Positions 21,989-34,568 of a DNA stretch of 64,000 bases are shown here, one piece after another. Origin of the DNA: Atractiella rhizophila (lineage: Eukaryota); contig MU271232.1 in NCBI GenBank assembly GCA_021432655.1, positions 38,361 through 102,360 on the forward strand. The letters are read 5' to 3'. Each line of letters opens with the position of its first letter. Position 1 is the stretch's first letter. The notes below the pieces were generated by a model. That model worked only from the letters and a program-made list of their open reading frames with translations. It was not told the origin of the DNA and searched no databases. A program made the position numbers and the translations under genes.

Positions 21989-24900
21989 TTAGCGACTGCC
22001 GATCCGTCCACCCCCAAGACTAAGCTTCCTCCTAAAGACGCCTTTCTTCTTCTCCTTCTCTTTATCCTTATCCTCCTTCACATCAATCTTTACCTTCTTA
22101 TCGTCATCCCGTTTCCGCCTCTCCTCCTCAACTCGAGCTGCCGCCTCCTTCCTGCCTTCCTCCACTTTCAAGTTCGCCTTCTCCACCGCCAGTCGAATCT
22201 CTGCCTTCTCCTTCGCCCTCTTCTCCTCCTTTTCCCGCTTTAGAACTTCACGTCGAGAGAGTTTTATTGTATTTTGATTCAGGCTGTTTGACAGTTTAAC
22301 AGTGCCTGTAGGAGAAAAGTCGCTATCGGGACCGGGAGAGGGAGATGACGGGATCGAAGGAATGGGTTCTGTAACGGCGTGAAAGTCCGGGTGGTATGGG
22401 TGAGGCGACGACGGGACGGATTCGGCATCGCTCATGGCTGCTGGAGAACCAGGGATCGGCGTGCTGGAGAGAGAAAGGGGCCGCTGACGAGTCATAAACG
22501 CAGGAGCAGGTTGTTCCAGAGTAGGTGTCGGTCCGTCAAGTTGGCTGAGGTCATTGAGGGAAGGCGGGCTGCCGACATTTAGGGACGTGGTGCGAGACTT
22601 CTTTTCCATCCCATCCCCCTTTGGGAGGAGCGCATCCTTTTCTTTCGCCTTCCGCGAGTTTTTGTCTTTCCGCTTCCGAAACAGGCCACTTGTCTTCGAA
22701 TTCAAAGTTTGCATCACGCCACTACCGCCTGTGGACGAAGGAGGTCGATGTCCCTGCACCGAGCCTTCAGCCGACGACATGGACTCCCGTCGTTGCTTGC
22801 CGATCACGACGAAAGGAGAATTGGATGAACCGACGCTCAGATGGCTGAGGCGCCAATTTGTCGAGTCGGCGGACGAGATTGCAGAGACATTATCGCTATC
22901 GATGAGCCTAGCGGACTGAGAAGGAGGTGTGGTAGTAAAATGGGGGACCGAAGGTACTACCAACTCAGCATTGGATGAAAGTGCCTCGGTGCTCGAAGAA
23001 GGAGGTCGCGGAGGCAAATCAGCAGGTTGAGCAGAAGGGGAGATTGAGCTGGATCGAGTACTCTCGTGAGGGACGTCGGAATCCGATAGTAGCACGAATC
23101 CTTCCATTCTGCCTGCCTCTTGAGACAAGCTGTCTGTGGAGAGTTGGGCTTTTTTGATCGTTGCTGGACTGGACTGCGCGGGAACAGGCACATCAAGTAC
23201 TTCTGTTTCCTCCTTCTCTTCCTGTTTCTCCTCCTTCTTTTCGCCCTGCGGAGGAAAGTACTCTTGCTCCTCAGGCTCTTGCGGTTTCTCCACCTCTCGC
23301 TCAGAATCCTTAGCCCTATCCTTCCCTTTGTCCTTCTTCTTCTTCACCTCCTTCAACGACTTCTTCCCCCTCAAGCCACCCGTCAGCGCACCTGCCCATG
23401 AGATAGACTCCCTCTTCTGCAATCGGTCAGTAGGTGGAGGCGGCAGCGGTGTGTCTAGCGCATTTGTCGGTGGGCTCTTGGGCGTCCCAGGTATGCGCAT
23501 AGTCCCAAAAAGACCTTTAGACTCCGTCTTCTCTGGTGGAGGGGTGGTAGCCGGTATTGGAGGAGGTGGCGGAAGGTTTGCGAGTGGATCGTTCGTGAAA
23601 CCGTTAGCGAGCGGAGTTGGAGGTGTCGATGAAGGCTGAGGTAGTTGTGGGACGGGAGGCACAATCTGCGGTTCCGTGGGCTCGACCTTATCAGGCGCGG
23701 TTTGAGGACGACCCTGCCTGATTTTGGCTTGGTGCCTACCAAACGCGCTTGGTGGGGACGAGGGAACTGGTATCGCGGGTGCAGGTTCAGAAAGGACGGG
23801 ATGAGCGACCGGGACATGGGCATAAGGGCTCTCGCGAGGCGTGTCGACTGCGTTGTAGAAGAGCACGTATCCGCTTCCCGACTGGGATGTGTCTCCGAAG
23901 TACTTTTGGATCTCGGATTCGTCCACAACCGTCACGACGTTGTCATCAAAGAGATGCCATTTGTTCTGCGACTTGACAAGCGCAACATAGTGGCCGTGGT
24001 GCGGCCCAACCCCAACGTGCACGACTACTGCCCAGAGCTCGTAGAGTCGGTCGGGGTTGGAGATGCCGTCTGCAGTGTTGAAGAGTCGGAGTTCGAAAGG
24101 GAAGACGACACGATAGGTCAGTTTGATGTACCGTCCGACGTCCTCTTGATATTTGAACCGCTTGAGATGGAGGGCGAGGACATTCGGAAGCTTTTTGATC
24201 TTCATACTGGGCAAAGAATCTCACCTAAGTACAGCTGAAGGCAGGGAGAAACCAAGAAAAACAAACCGCTTCTCCGCCTCTTGGAGACCACAGCATTGGT
24301 CGCAATCATACTTGTTCTTTTGGAACAACATTTCCGACCTACTGAACTGTCTCAGACAGCTGGTGATGGATGAATTCTGCTCAATGTCGATCGAGAGGTC
24401 AAGGAAGGATTCATCTCGTGACGTGACTGTTTCGCAGGTAAGACAGCGAGTTTCGTTAGTGAGCACCCCTTCGAAAAGGGAGTGAACCCATGTCTTCGCC
24501 GCTGGTTCTTGGATCAAGGTTTTCCGCCTCTTTGGCCGCTTGAAGGATTCGACGTCAGCTACCGCATCGACGTCCACATTTTTCAATCTGTGTTGAGCCT
24601 CCTCTTCCCTCTTCTTCTCCACCTCGTGCTTCTCGACCTCTTCCGCAACGGTATTAAGCAAATAATTTAAAAACTCTAATCCATCTGATTCAGTAAAGGT
24701 CGAGGTCGGGGGACTGAAAGGACGCACCGTGCGCATCTTGGTGCATAGTTGATCTAAACAGCTCGTTCTCCTTCCTCAAACACGCAATAAAGTCCTTCGG
24801 CGCGACAGCTCCCGTAGCTTTCGGATACTGACTAATCTCGACGAAGAGTTCTCTCAACGTCGTCAAGATGGTGCTATCCTCACTAAGCTCGCCCTCCATC

Positions 24901-26082
24901 TTCTCCTGCGTCTGTGCCGCGCTCGGGATCGTGGGGTTGGAAGTGCTTTTGGGCGTGTTGTTGGGATTGGTATTGGAAGAGGCGGAAGAAGTCGTCTTGG
25001 TCTCATCTAGCGTCTTCTCCGATGTCGACGCTTCCTGTGCCTTCTCTCCCTCTTTCTCTGGGGGGCGGAGCCATTCGCTCCACCAGATGAGAGGCGCTTA
25101 TGTCCCAATCCCCAAGTGCTGCGTCCCCTAGTCATGCCATTCCTCAACGGTGATTTCGGAACTTTTCTCCTTCTCCTTTTCGTCTGTCGGTCCTGGGCTG
25201 AGTTGAGCGGGAGGGACAGAGATGCTGTGGGGTGCGCTGGACGGTGGACTGGACGGTGCAGATGAGGTAGAAGTCTTCTCATTCTGGTTCTGCAAGTTGA
25301 AGAGTTCGACTTGTTCTCGAAAGGGACGGCAGAAGTAGAGGGCTTGGAGGACGGAGTTGGCGTAGCATGTATTACCGAACTGTTCATCCCGAAAAATAGG
25401 TGAGGCGGATCAGTGGGCCGTTAATTAACCAGATGAAGTGTAGGAAAGAGGAGAAATATGTGGGGTATTTGCCTTCCCGGATCGTCCAGGCTGAGGACAG
25501 TTACGGAGAATGCAAACGCAGACTTTCGAGGTCTCACGACCTCTTTCACCTGCGCCTCCAAGCAAAATCGAGCACGTCTTCCCCACGCACTCTTGCACCG
25601 AACATAGCATGGCATTCCGCCATTTGAAATATACAAAACAACGAAACACATGAGAAAGAAAGGGAGTGGACCCAATGTCATCGACTCTCGGCGCGGGTTG
25701 GAGCGAATGCTTGGGATCCAAAGGAAGAGCTGTGAATCGAGCTTGCAGCTTGACATAACAGTCACCTTGCGTGTGAGCTCGCAGAAGTGATAGGAATGAA
25801 AACGAAACGTTCCAATCAATTTGATAACGCCTAAGAGTGACAGGAGTAGCTCATACCCGGCTTCGAGCAGCTCGAGGCTCAAGCCAGAGCTCCGGCGAAA
25901 CTTCCGCCGCACATCCCACGACGGATCGTCTTTCCCACAACTAGAAGCAAGAGCTTGAAGAGTGTACTTACATTTTCCATCCCCAGATACCTCTCTGTGA
26001 TCTCTTCCACCGCCTCAGGAGTGCTCGGCTTTGCAGGTTCCTTCTCCTTGTCCCCCAGATTCATCCATTTTCTCATCGACAT
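21989..26082 (-). CDS. Ubiquitin-specific protease, USP12/46 (CreB/Ubp9)-like, with long Pro/Ser-rich tail
   Basis: Cys box [32 protein letters not shown], zinc-ribbon [16 protein letters not shown] and His box GPHHGHY...FDD. First intron is 592 nt (25380-25971). Reading-frame anomaly at 25058-25166. Confidence 0.9.
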
Positions 26083-27623
26083 CCTTCACGTCTTCGCAGC
26101 AATGCACCGTGTGCAACGTTGTCTCTCCGAAAAGACTGAGTAATCGCGCCGCGTTTCTACTATCGAACAGTCGAAAGCTGGTCTCCAATGACTGGTTGAG
26201 AGCTGAGGAGCTGCAGACACCTCGGCCGTAGTTTCTCGCAGCGTGTCCTCCCGGAAGGTGGAGTTGCTGATCCGCAATTTCGGTGAGCCGAATACCAGCT
26301 ATCGCAGGATGGGGATAGCGTCGCGGGAAAGGTGGTGAGGGAGGTGGTGAGACGACAGGAAGTGGTGTTGTTGGTGAACTCAATTTGTTGGAGAATTTGT
26401 AGGGACGCACACCGAAGTCGAATCTTACACATACCACCCGGCTCCGAGAGCAGCGTAAGTTCGACACCTTTAAGATTAAGATCCGACTTCACGATTCGAC
26501 TCAGGATTCCACGCTCCGAGGCTTATCAAGCTATGGCAAGACGATGAGCGATAGGGACGACAGGTGTGATAGAATTCGATTCGATATTTGACAGGACAGT
26601 GTGGAAACCGATTGACCTAGCGGTCTTGAGTTGACAGTAAGAGCCCGGATGTTGGGCAAAGTCTGTGTTGTTTGAGATAGGAAAGAGAGTTGTGTGGAGT
26701 GACATTAAAGTATAAAATAGGAATGTTAGAGGTGTGTCGCCACAACATTCCTTTACAGCCAGCCTCAAAGAAGTGAGTTTGAACTTCAAATAATTCAATA
26801 ATTTCCTCCAAGTGCGCGCTTTGTGTATAACTAGCAGAACAATGTTGTGAACCTCAGAGGCTCCATCTAAGTTGTCTGGTTATATATTTCTTCGCGCAAT
26901 TGTGAAATTCTTATGACATGTCTGTGTCTTCCTGAGTCTGGAACCTGCTCTGCGAGAGAGGGCGGGCTCCTGAACTTTGGCAACAAAGGTATTGCAGCAT
27001 CCAACGCTTTCAAGTTTCACAAAATCCAGAATCAGGATGGCAATCTCACCCTTACGGTGCTATCATGGCAGTGCAAGATATCCAAACATGCATTCTGCCC
27101 ATTCCCACCACGCTTGATGATTCTGCTCCTGCGACGTGGTTTATTGAAGCGAAGCAGATCAGTTGAAGATCCACTGTCGACGACAACGCCGAATTGTTGA
27201 CCAAACTCTTGTTGCTGATGGATGGTCGGTTTATTTTATTTGTTGCTCGGGCTAGAGACAAGAATTGAGATTTACGACAGATCTTATACAGACTGTACAC
27301 ACCTTGCTTGCACAACACTATGTGGTTTTCCTGAGGAGCTGAAGAGCCCAGAAACCCGTTCTCACACCCCGCCGAAGCCTCAAGTCCGTGTTTGTGGACG
27401 TACTTCCGCCCTCCCCTGACCTTCACTGGTCTAAGCAGCGGACTTGTCGTTATCATCTCAATTTAGGCGGCCGAAGTGACACCTCGACATCGTCAAAAGC
27501 GCTGTGCCGAAGCGGGCTGTATACTTCTCCTTAGCTATATCTCATGTAGTTTCAACGGGCGAAAGTCCAACTGAGGCTTCTACTCATTTGTAACTTTTAT
27601 ACCTTCACGAACAGCTATTCAAG

Positions 27624-30180
27624 ATGTGAGTACTAACTCACAATCGAAGTCCGGCTAATTCGCCCACAAGGCCCTTTCCTTCTGCCGCCACAAAGTCTTT
27701 AGACGCAGCCGTGCCTCCTCTTCCGGAGTCCAGACCCCTTCCCCTTGGTGCAGTAGTAACAGATGTCGCCCAATCTTGGATCTCGAATCTCGTACAATCG
27801 TTGGATCAAGCCAAATTCACAGAGGCTAAGGAGGCTTTCCTGGAGGAGAATGGTTTCTGGAGGGATATCATGGCTCTGACCTGGGACTTCAAGTACATCT
27901 CTCCTTCTGACGAACGGTAGAGCGATCCACTAAAAAATAGTGTATAGAACCTTTGTTGGAAATAGTGCGATCGAGAGTATGCTGAAGGAAAGATATATCG
28001 CAACCGGCGGAATGAACAATATCAAGATGAGCAAAGATTTAAAGACGACTTACGAGACTGTTTCAGTGGATGAAAGCAAATCATTATCTTTTATTCAGGC
28101 AGGATTCACCTTCCACAATTCTATCGGCAAAGGTGGAGGGATATTTCGAATCGTGAATACAGATGCAGGATGGAAAGGGTGGACATTGTTCACGGTCCGT
28201 TTCATCTTTCCACGAGAGTGACAAGCCAGTTCATGTGGTTCGATAGACTTTAGAAGAATTGCATGGATATCCGGAGCGCATTGGACCCAATCGAAAGCAC
28301 GGAGATGCCCATGGCGAATACCTACCGAGAAGGGCGGCGGAAACTTCGTTTGAGAATAGCGACCCAAGAGTAATCATTATTGGCGCTGGGCATACTGGCC
28401 TTGAAATTGCCGCAAGGCTGAAGGTGTTAGGCGTCGAAGCTTTGGTTTTAGAGAGTGCGCATAGTCCTTTTCGCATAAAGTTGATGCTAAACGAGACCTG
28501 TTTCAGGGAATGAAAGAATCGGGGACAATTGGAGGAACAGGTACTCCAGTCTTACACTTCAGTGCGCAACAACTAGTCAGCCTTTCTTCATCTGAAGCTG
28601 GATCGCTCAGTGGTGTCGTACATTATGATCACTTACCTTTCATGCCCTTTCCAAAAAGTTGGCCTACATACTCTCCCGCGCCGAAGGTAAGCACCATTCA
28701 CCACATTTTGAGTTCGTACTCATGAATAACAGTTGGCTAACTTCCTGGAGTATTATGCTGAAGCCATGGAGTTGAATGTCTGGACTTCATCCAACGTCAT
28801 TGGACTCACTAAACTTGGGGATGAGCGAGGATGGGAAGTAGAAATGGAATCTCCTAGTCGGTTTAGTGGGATACGAAAGATGCACGTAAGACATGTTGTG
28901 AGTACCTCTTTCTTCAGAAGCTGGGATATAAAGCTCAAGGGGACGGATATCAGGTTGCTGCTCTTGGATTTGGAGGGAGTCAACCGAAAATTCCGGTACC
29001 AAAACCAGGACAGTTGGACTTTTTCAAAGGGAAGGTTCTTCACACCACTCAATTCAAAAACGCAAGCGAATTCCAGGGTAAACATGTTGGTAAGCCCTCT
29101 TGATAATCTCTGCAGCGCGGAAAGGACTGAAAAGGATCGACAGTGGTCGTAGGCAGTGGGACAAGTGGCCATGATTGCTGTCAGGAACTATACCATGGTG
29201 GAGCTAAAGTGACGATGCTTCAGCGGAGCGGCACCTATGTTCTTGACAAGGACAGGAACGCTAAACTTCTTTTGCGTCAGCATCCTATATTCTCCATGAA
29301 CCGCACGATGACAAAGGCTATGCTGGATACATCTAGGATTCTACCAAGAAGACGGACCGGCGCCAGAGATCGCTGACAGACTAGCGTTCTCGTTTCCATT
29401 ACCCGTCACGAAACTCATTGGCGAACGGACTGTTCGAATAATGGCGGAGAATGACAAGTACGGCCGCTCTCCTGTTTCTACTGCTTCACTGCTCACGCGC
29501 AATAGGGAGCTTCTCCAAAACCTGAGGAATGTGGGCTTTCAGCTAGAGATGCACTACTCTATGCTCTGGTGTAGGTCTCTTGCCACCATCTTTTGAAGTA
29601 TTTGATCGATAAACTGTCTCCAAGACCTTTACCACCGTGGAGGAGGGTACTACCTTGAAGCTGGCTGCTCCCAACTCATTATCGATCGCCAAATTTCTCT
29701 CCACTCCGGTGTTGAGATCGAGAGGTTTGTAGCGGACGGTATCGTACTAAACGACAAAGAGCAGACGGAGATAAAATGCGACGCTGTGATTTGGTGCGCT
29801 GTCCAGAACTCACGGAAAATCCATCGATTGATAATTTGCTATAGGGCTACAGGATATGGTGATGGAAGGGCTGGTGTAATCCCATTACTGAAGCAAGAAG
29901 AGGTCAGAAGTTCTCTCCTCCCAGGTAAGCCTTTCAACTTCATCGTGATTTATGGGCTGAGGTGACTACAGTTTGGGGAGTGGACGATCATTGGGAACTT
30001 TTGAGCGTCTGGCGGGAATGGTGTCATGAGGGCCTCTACTATGCGTAGTAAGTGAACCTTGAGCTGAGAAAGTGACTAATTTTTTGTGAATTTAGTGGAA
30101 ACCTTGCTTTTTCACGATTTTATAGCAAATTTCTAGCCATGAGAATACTGAAGAAAGAGATTGACGAAGGGAAAGCCTAA
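27624..30180 (+). CDS. Flavin-containing monooxygenase (FAD/NAD(P)-binding, type II FMO-like)
   Basis: N-terminal GFWRDIMALTWDF, FAD motif IIGAGHTGL, GDNWRNRY, NADPH motif VVGSGTSGHD, GGGYYL, ATGY and GNLAFSRFYSKFLA. Many short introns. Confidence 0.88.
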
Positions 30181-31376
30181 GCTTGGCATATTGGAGATCG
30201 TTGCTGTGCATGTACATTTACAGCGTAAAGCAGATTCAGAGCTTTTGATTCAAGTTTTCGTCCCATGGACACATAGTATGAATCTCATCACCACGGATGT
30301 GCATCGGGATCAGATTGATGAGCCCAAGCAAAGAGTTAGTCATGGTAGTTAGTGATAAAACCCTCACGTGCTGCACGTCTATGTTTCTGTCTGTAGTGTC
30401 TACTATCGCAGTCTTTGAGACTCTCTTGCGTGATCCTAGCAGATGTGTGCTATTTGAGAAGCAAAGGAGGGTAGGAGAGAGTTGTGGCTGAAGATTGTTA
30501 GAACAAGTGCAACTAGAGCCGTTGAATTCGAGCTGTGCGCGTCTCATTTCCTGTGATAGTGGGGTAATGGCGTTTTCAATTTATGGCGTATGATTTGTGT
30601 TGAACAAGAGGAGGAAGTTATTGGAATTGACACGGTTTGATATAGTAAAGATCTGGTTAGTAGAAGATTGTTCAAAGTGGTGGGAAACCAGTGCGTCCCG
30701 CGAGTTGCAACAAAAGGCAAGCTGAGAAGGCAAGTGTACGAGAAAACTCTGTGTAAAATTCCTCAAGTCTCTCACAGCTGTGTCAGTTAAATCAACTCTT
30801 GTAGCCGGATGGTTTGATATCTAAGATTGTTGATATCTGACAAGACTGAGCAGAGCGTGAAGACGATGACACGTAAAGTCGGACTTGATTTCCGAAAACA
30901 CTTGCCATCACTTTTTATTTTCCTATTCTTATATAGTATTTATCTGCTTGATACCGCAGCTCTTGAAGAGTTGACAAATAGGGTTTGAGGTTAGATCTCT
31001 GAGCATCACTGACTGTCCTCTACGATGTTTCACCTCACATTTATCGCCAGTATTCCCGCTTGAGATTTAACACTTGCTCATTGGAAAAGATACTACAGCA
31101 TGCAATCAAATGAATAATTTTAGGTTTGGTCCCGCAAAATTCCGAATCTTTAACATCAGTGTCTTTCCATGATATCCCATGTTAGGTCATGCCTTCAGCT
31201 CCGCTAAAACAGACTGGGGACACCCTTTTTCTCCTCCAGGACCATGCAAAACTGCAGAGTCCACGGTCAGTCGGTTTTGAGGCGGCAATTAAACGGCAAC
31301 CTTATTTTTTCTCATAAAGAGCAAGTCGAAGTGTTTATTATGTATCCTGCCTTTTTTCCCCTTAGAAACACTTTGC

Positions 31377-34300
31377 ATGTCTTCTCAGGACTCTCTCATG
31401 CCTACGTATGGGCCTGGCCCGTTGGGAGGCACCAATCCCATGAAATGGCGACTGGATTCTTCTGATTCTGGACGTCATGTGTGGCATTACGTTGAAGGTC
31501 AAGAGAGGGAGAAATATGATGGAGTATGGGGAGACGATGCGAAGGGAGTGATGGAAAGAGAGCAGACGAAAGAAGAACTTTATTGGCTGGGTTTAGGGAC
31601 TCATAGTCCCGCCCTTGACGACGCGAATGGAGATCCGGCAAGAGCAGCGAGGAATGGGTGGATGTTTTATAGAGCGCTACAAGCGGAGGATGGTACGCTC
31701 TCCCATGACCAGAAACGAAACCGTTTGAACGCGGAATGGACCAGGACATTGGAGTGGGTTATACGATGGTCCAAACTTCCTAAATGCTGGCATGCATATC
31801 CTTCCAGCCTTTACAAGAGCTGAGTTTTGGATAGGTATTGTCTTCGCCATGTATATCACAGAGACTCCGATTCCTCCAGAATGGAAGATAGAGATCACTC
31901 GATACCTGGCGAACACCCAACGCAAAGGGGAGGGGGGCGACCGCGGTTGGGGAGTGTGCGTCTTTGTCAACGTATAATTCAAGAGCTCACGCCTGAGTAG
32001 ACATACGGAGAGGCCGTCCTCAGTTTTCTGCACCGTCCTGAACTATGTGGCTCTCCGAATACTCGGCGTCTCTGCCGACCACCCAATGGTGGTGGACGCT
32101 CGCAATACTTTGCAAATCCTTGGTCCGCCTGTCCCTAACTCCCAGTTCCTTATTTCACTATGTTCTAGGCGGTCCATTGTATGCCCCAACCTGGTGCGTA
32201 GTTTGTCAACCCACGAGACATTCAACCGAATAATTAACAGGGCCAAGTTCTGGCTGGCATGCATGAATGTTTATGAGTGGGGCGGAATCAACTGCCCTCC
32301 TCCCGAATTGTTTATTCTCCCTCAGATTGTACCCTTCCACCCCTCCAAATGGTGGATCCACACTCGTCGAGTCTATGGGCCCGTCTCGTACTTAGCCGCG
32401 AAGAAATTCCAGACATCACTCACACCACTTCTGTCTGAAATTCGAAAGGTTCGTTCTTTCTTTGGATGGATGGCCAGATTACGATGCTGTTATGAAGGAA
32501 ATATACCAACAAGAGTATTCTTCTATTCTTTGGAAAAACTTCAGGTCAACCGTCACGGCGGAAGACCTTTATTGTCCCCTCACGCGAATAGCTAAATTCG
32601 GTTTCGCCGCCATGTCGATATGGGACGATTGGGTTTGCCCAGCGTTCATCAGAGAGAAAGGTATCCAGGCGGCATATCAGCATGTCATCTATGACGATGA
32701 GAACACGCAATACCAAACGTCAGTACCTCTCAACCACACGGCAAAGAATCTTATCCTCCCTGTGAAGTATTGGACCTGTTTCAAAGGCTTTTAACATGAT
32801 CGTGCGCTACGTGGAAGAAGGGCCGCACAGTGTTGCTTTGAGAGAACACAGACTCAAAATTCGAGATTTCATGGTAATACAGCTCAGAGGTACTTTGTGG
32901 CTTTCTCAGGCTGACCGTCCGGGGTTCCAGTGGCTGTCCTCGAAAGGGCTTGGAATGATGGGCACGAACGGTTCGCAGCTCTGGGACACAGGTGTGTGAC
33001 TGCTTCATCCCTCTCCTCGTGTTCTGAAAGCCAAGTAGCTTTTATTGTCCTAAGTCTTCTCAAGACGGACATGGTCTCGGAACCAGCAGATAAGGCCGCG
33101 ATTGAGAAAGCCTATAACTGGATTGATGATTGTCAAATTAAGGCGAATCCAAAGTGGTTTCGAGAGGATTATCGACATCAGAGCCAGGGAGGCTGGCCGT
33201 TTAGCACTCGTGAGCAGAGTTATCCTGTGAGGTGTGCTCGTTCATTGCGGTGGTGTCCGATAAATTACTGATCTTACGTCACCAGCGACACAACTGCTGA
33301 AGTAAGTCAACAAGAATTCTTTACTCCCTCTGACCTCGAGGATTGTAGGCATTGCGAACAGTTCTTGGCATACATGGCAAGATGAGGTGTGTAAATTATT
33401 AGTTTTACGTATTTGTTCACCCTAGCATAGCATCAAGCAAACGGTGTCCAAGGAGAGGCTTTGCGATGCTGTAGATGTCATCCTCTCACTCCAAAACCCA
33501 AACAGTGGATTTTCTGGTTACGAGCTCGTCAGGGGAGGGAGGTGGTTGGAATGGCTCAACTCCTCAGAAGTCTTTTCGTGAGTGCTGGATACTTGTGATG
33601 TCAGCTCTGACTGTGGTACAAGAGATGTGATGACAGACGTTTGCCACACCGAATGTTCTTCTTCCGCTGTTTGCGCACTCGCGTCTTTCTCATCCACTTA
33701 CGCGGATTATCGCAAGACAGAAGTATCGTGCGTCTTCCTTCTCATGTTCGAGCCGTCGTAGACAGGTTACAGTCGAGCTATGACCAACGGAATCGTATAC
33801 ATTCTGTCTCAGCAGCGCACTGATGGATCTTGGTACGGAAATTGGGGTATCTGCTTTACCTACGCGGCCATGTTTACCCTCGAAGCATTGGCGGCTGTTG
33901 GGCAGACGTATGCAAACAGCGCTGCAGTGCGCAAAGCATGCGAGTTTCTGCTCAGCAAACAGCGGAAAGATGGAGGTTGGGGCGAGTCTTATCTGGTGCG
34001 TCTTCCTCAAAGGCCTGGCGTTTTCTCAGTATTTCCTTTAAGAGCTGCGAGAAAGGCGAATACGTGGATCAAGAGTCACAGGTTTGCAATACCGCCTACT
34101 GCGTCCTCGCGCTGCTTTATGCGAAGTACCCTGAGAAAGAACCCATCAAACGAGGCTGCAAATTGATCATGAGTAGACAACAGCCTGATGGGAGTTGGCT
34201 GCAGGAAGCCATTGAAGGTGTTTTCAACAAGAACTGTGCTGTGTGTTCTCCTTCCTTCCTTCGCCTGCATATGGTGACCGTTGTCCTGTTAGATAACTTA

Positions 34301-34479
34301 GTGAGCTGTCTCGTCTGGGAAAATGGAAGTAGCAAGCTAATGAGAAAGTCTCCAGTCCAAATTTCAAGTTCAGGTTAGCAATGGTGAAAACAAAGGCCTT
34401 GCTAATCATTTCGTGCAGTTTTACTATCCGCGCACTAGGATTAGCTGCCAAAACGTTCGGACCTGGCGAGAAATGGTGA
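31377..34479 (+). CDS. ERG7: 2,3-oxidosqualene cyclase (lanosterol synthase-like, divergent)
   Basis: QW repeats ([36 protein letters not shown]), [24 protein letters not shown]...VSDTTAE and [17 protein letters not shown]. Heavily spliced. Orthology to ERG7 versus a paralogous cyclase is not proven. Confidence 0.85.
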
Positions 34480-34568
34480 GGGTGATAGGCAATACATACA
34501 TTACAAAGATACGGAATGCAATCCAAGAAATGTTATAAGCAAGCACAACTCGTAGTACAAATGTCCTT

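Noticed and set aside
22379..24485. Numerous + strand ORFs opposite the deubiquitinase (and similar ones opposite SEC31 and other genes)
   Set aside because: Antisense shadows of real coding sequence.
27624..34479. Monooxygenase plus oxidosqualene cyclase as a triterpene gene cluster
   Set aside because: No P450, transferase or transporter nearby, and the FMO type is not a squalene epoxidase. Adjacency alone is insufficient.
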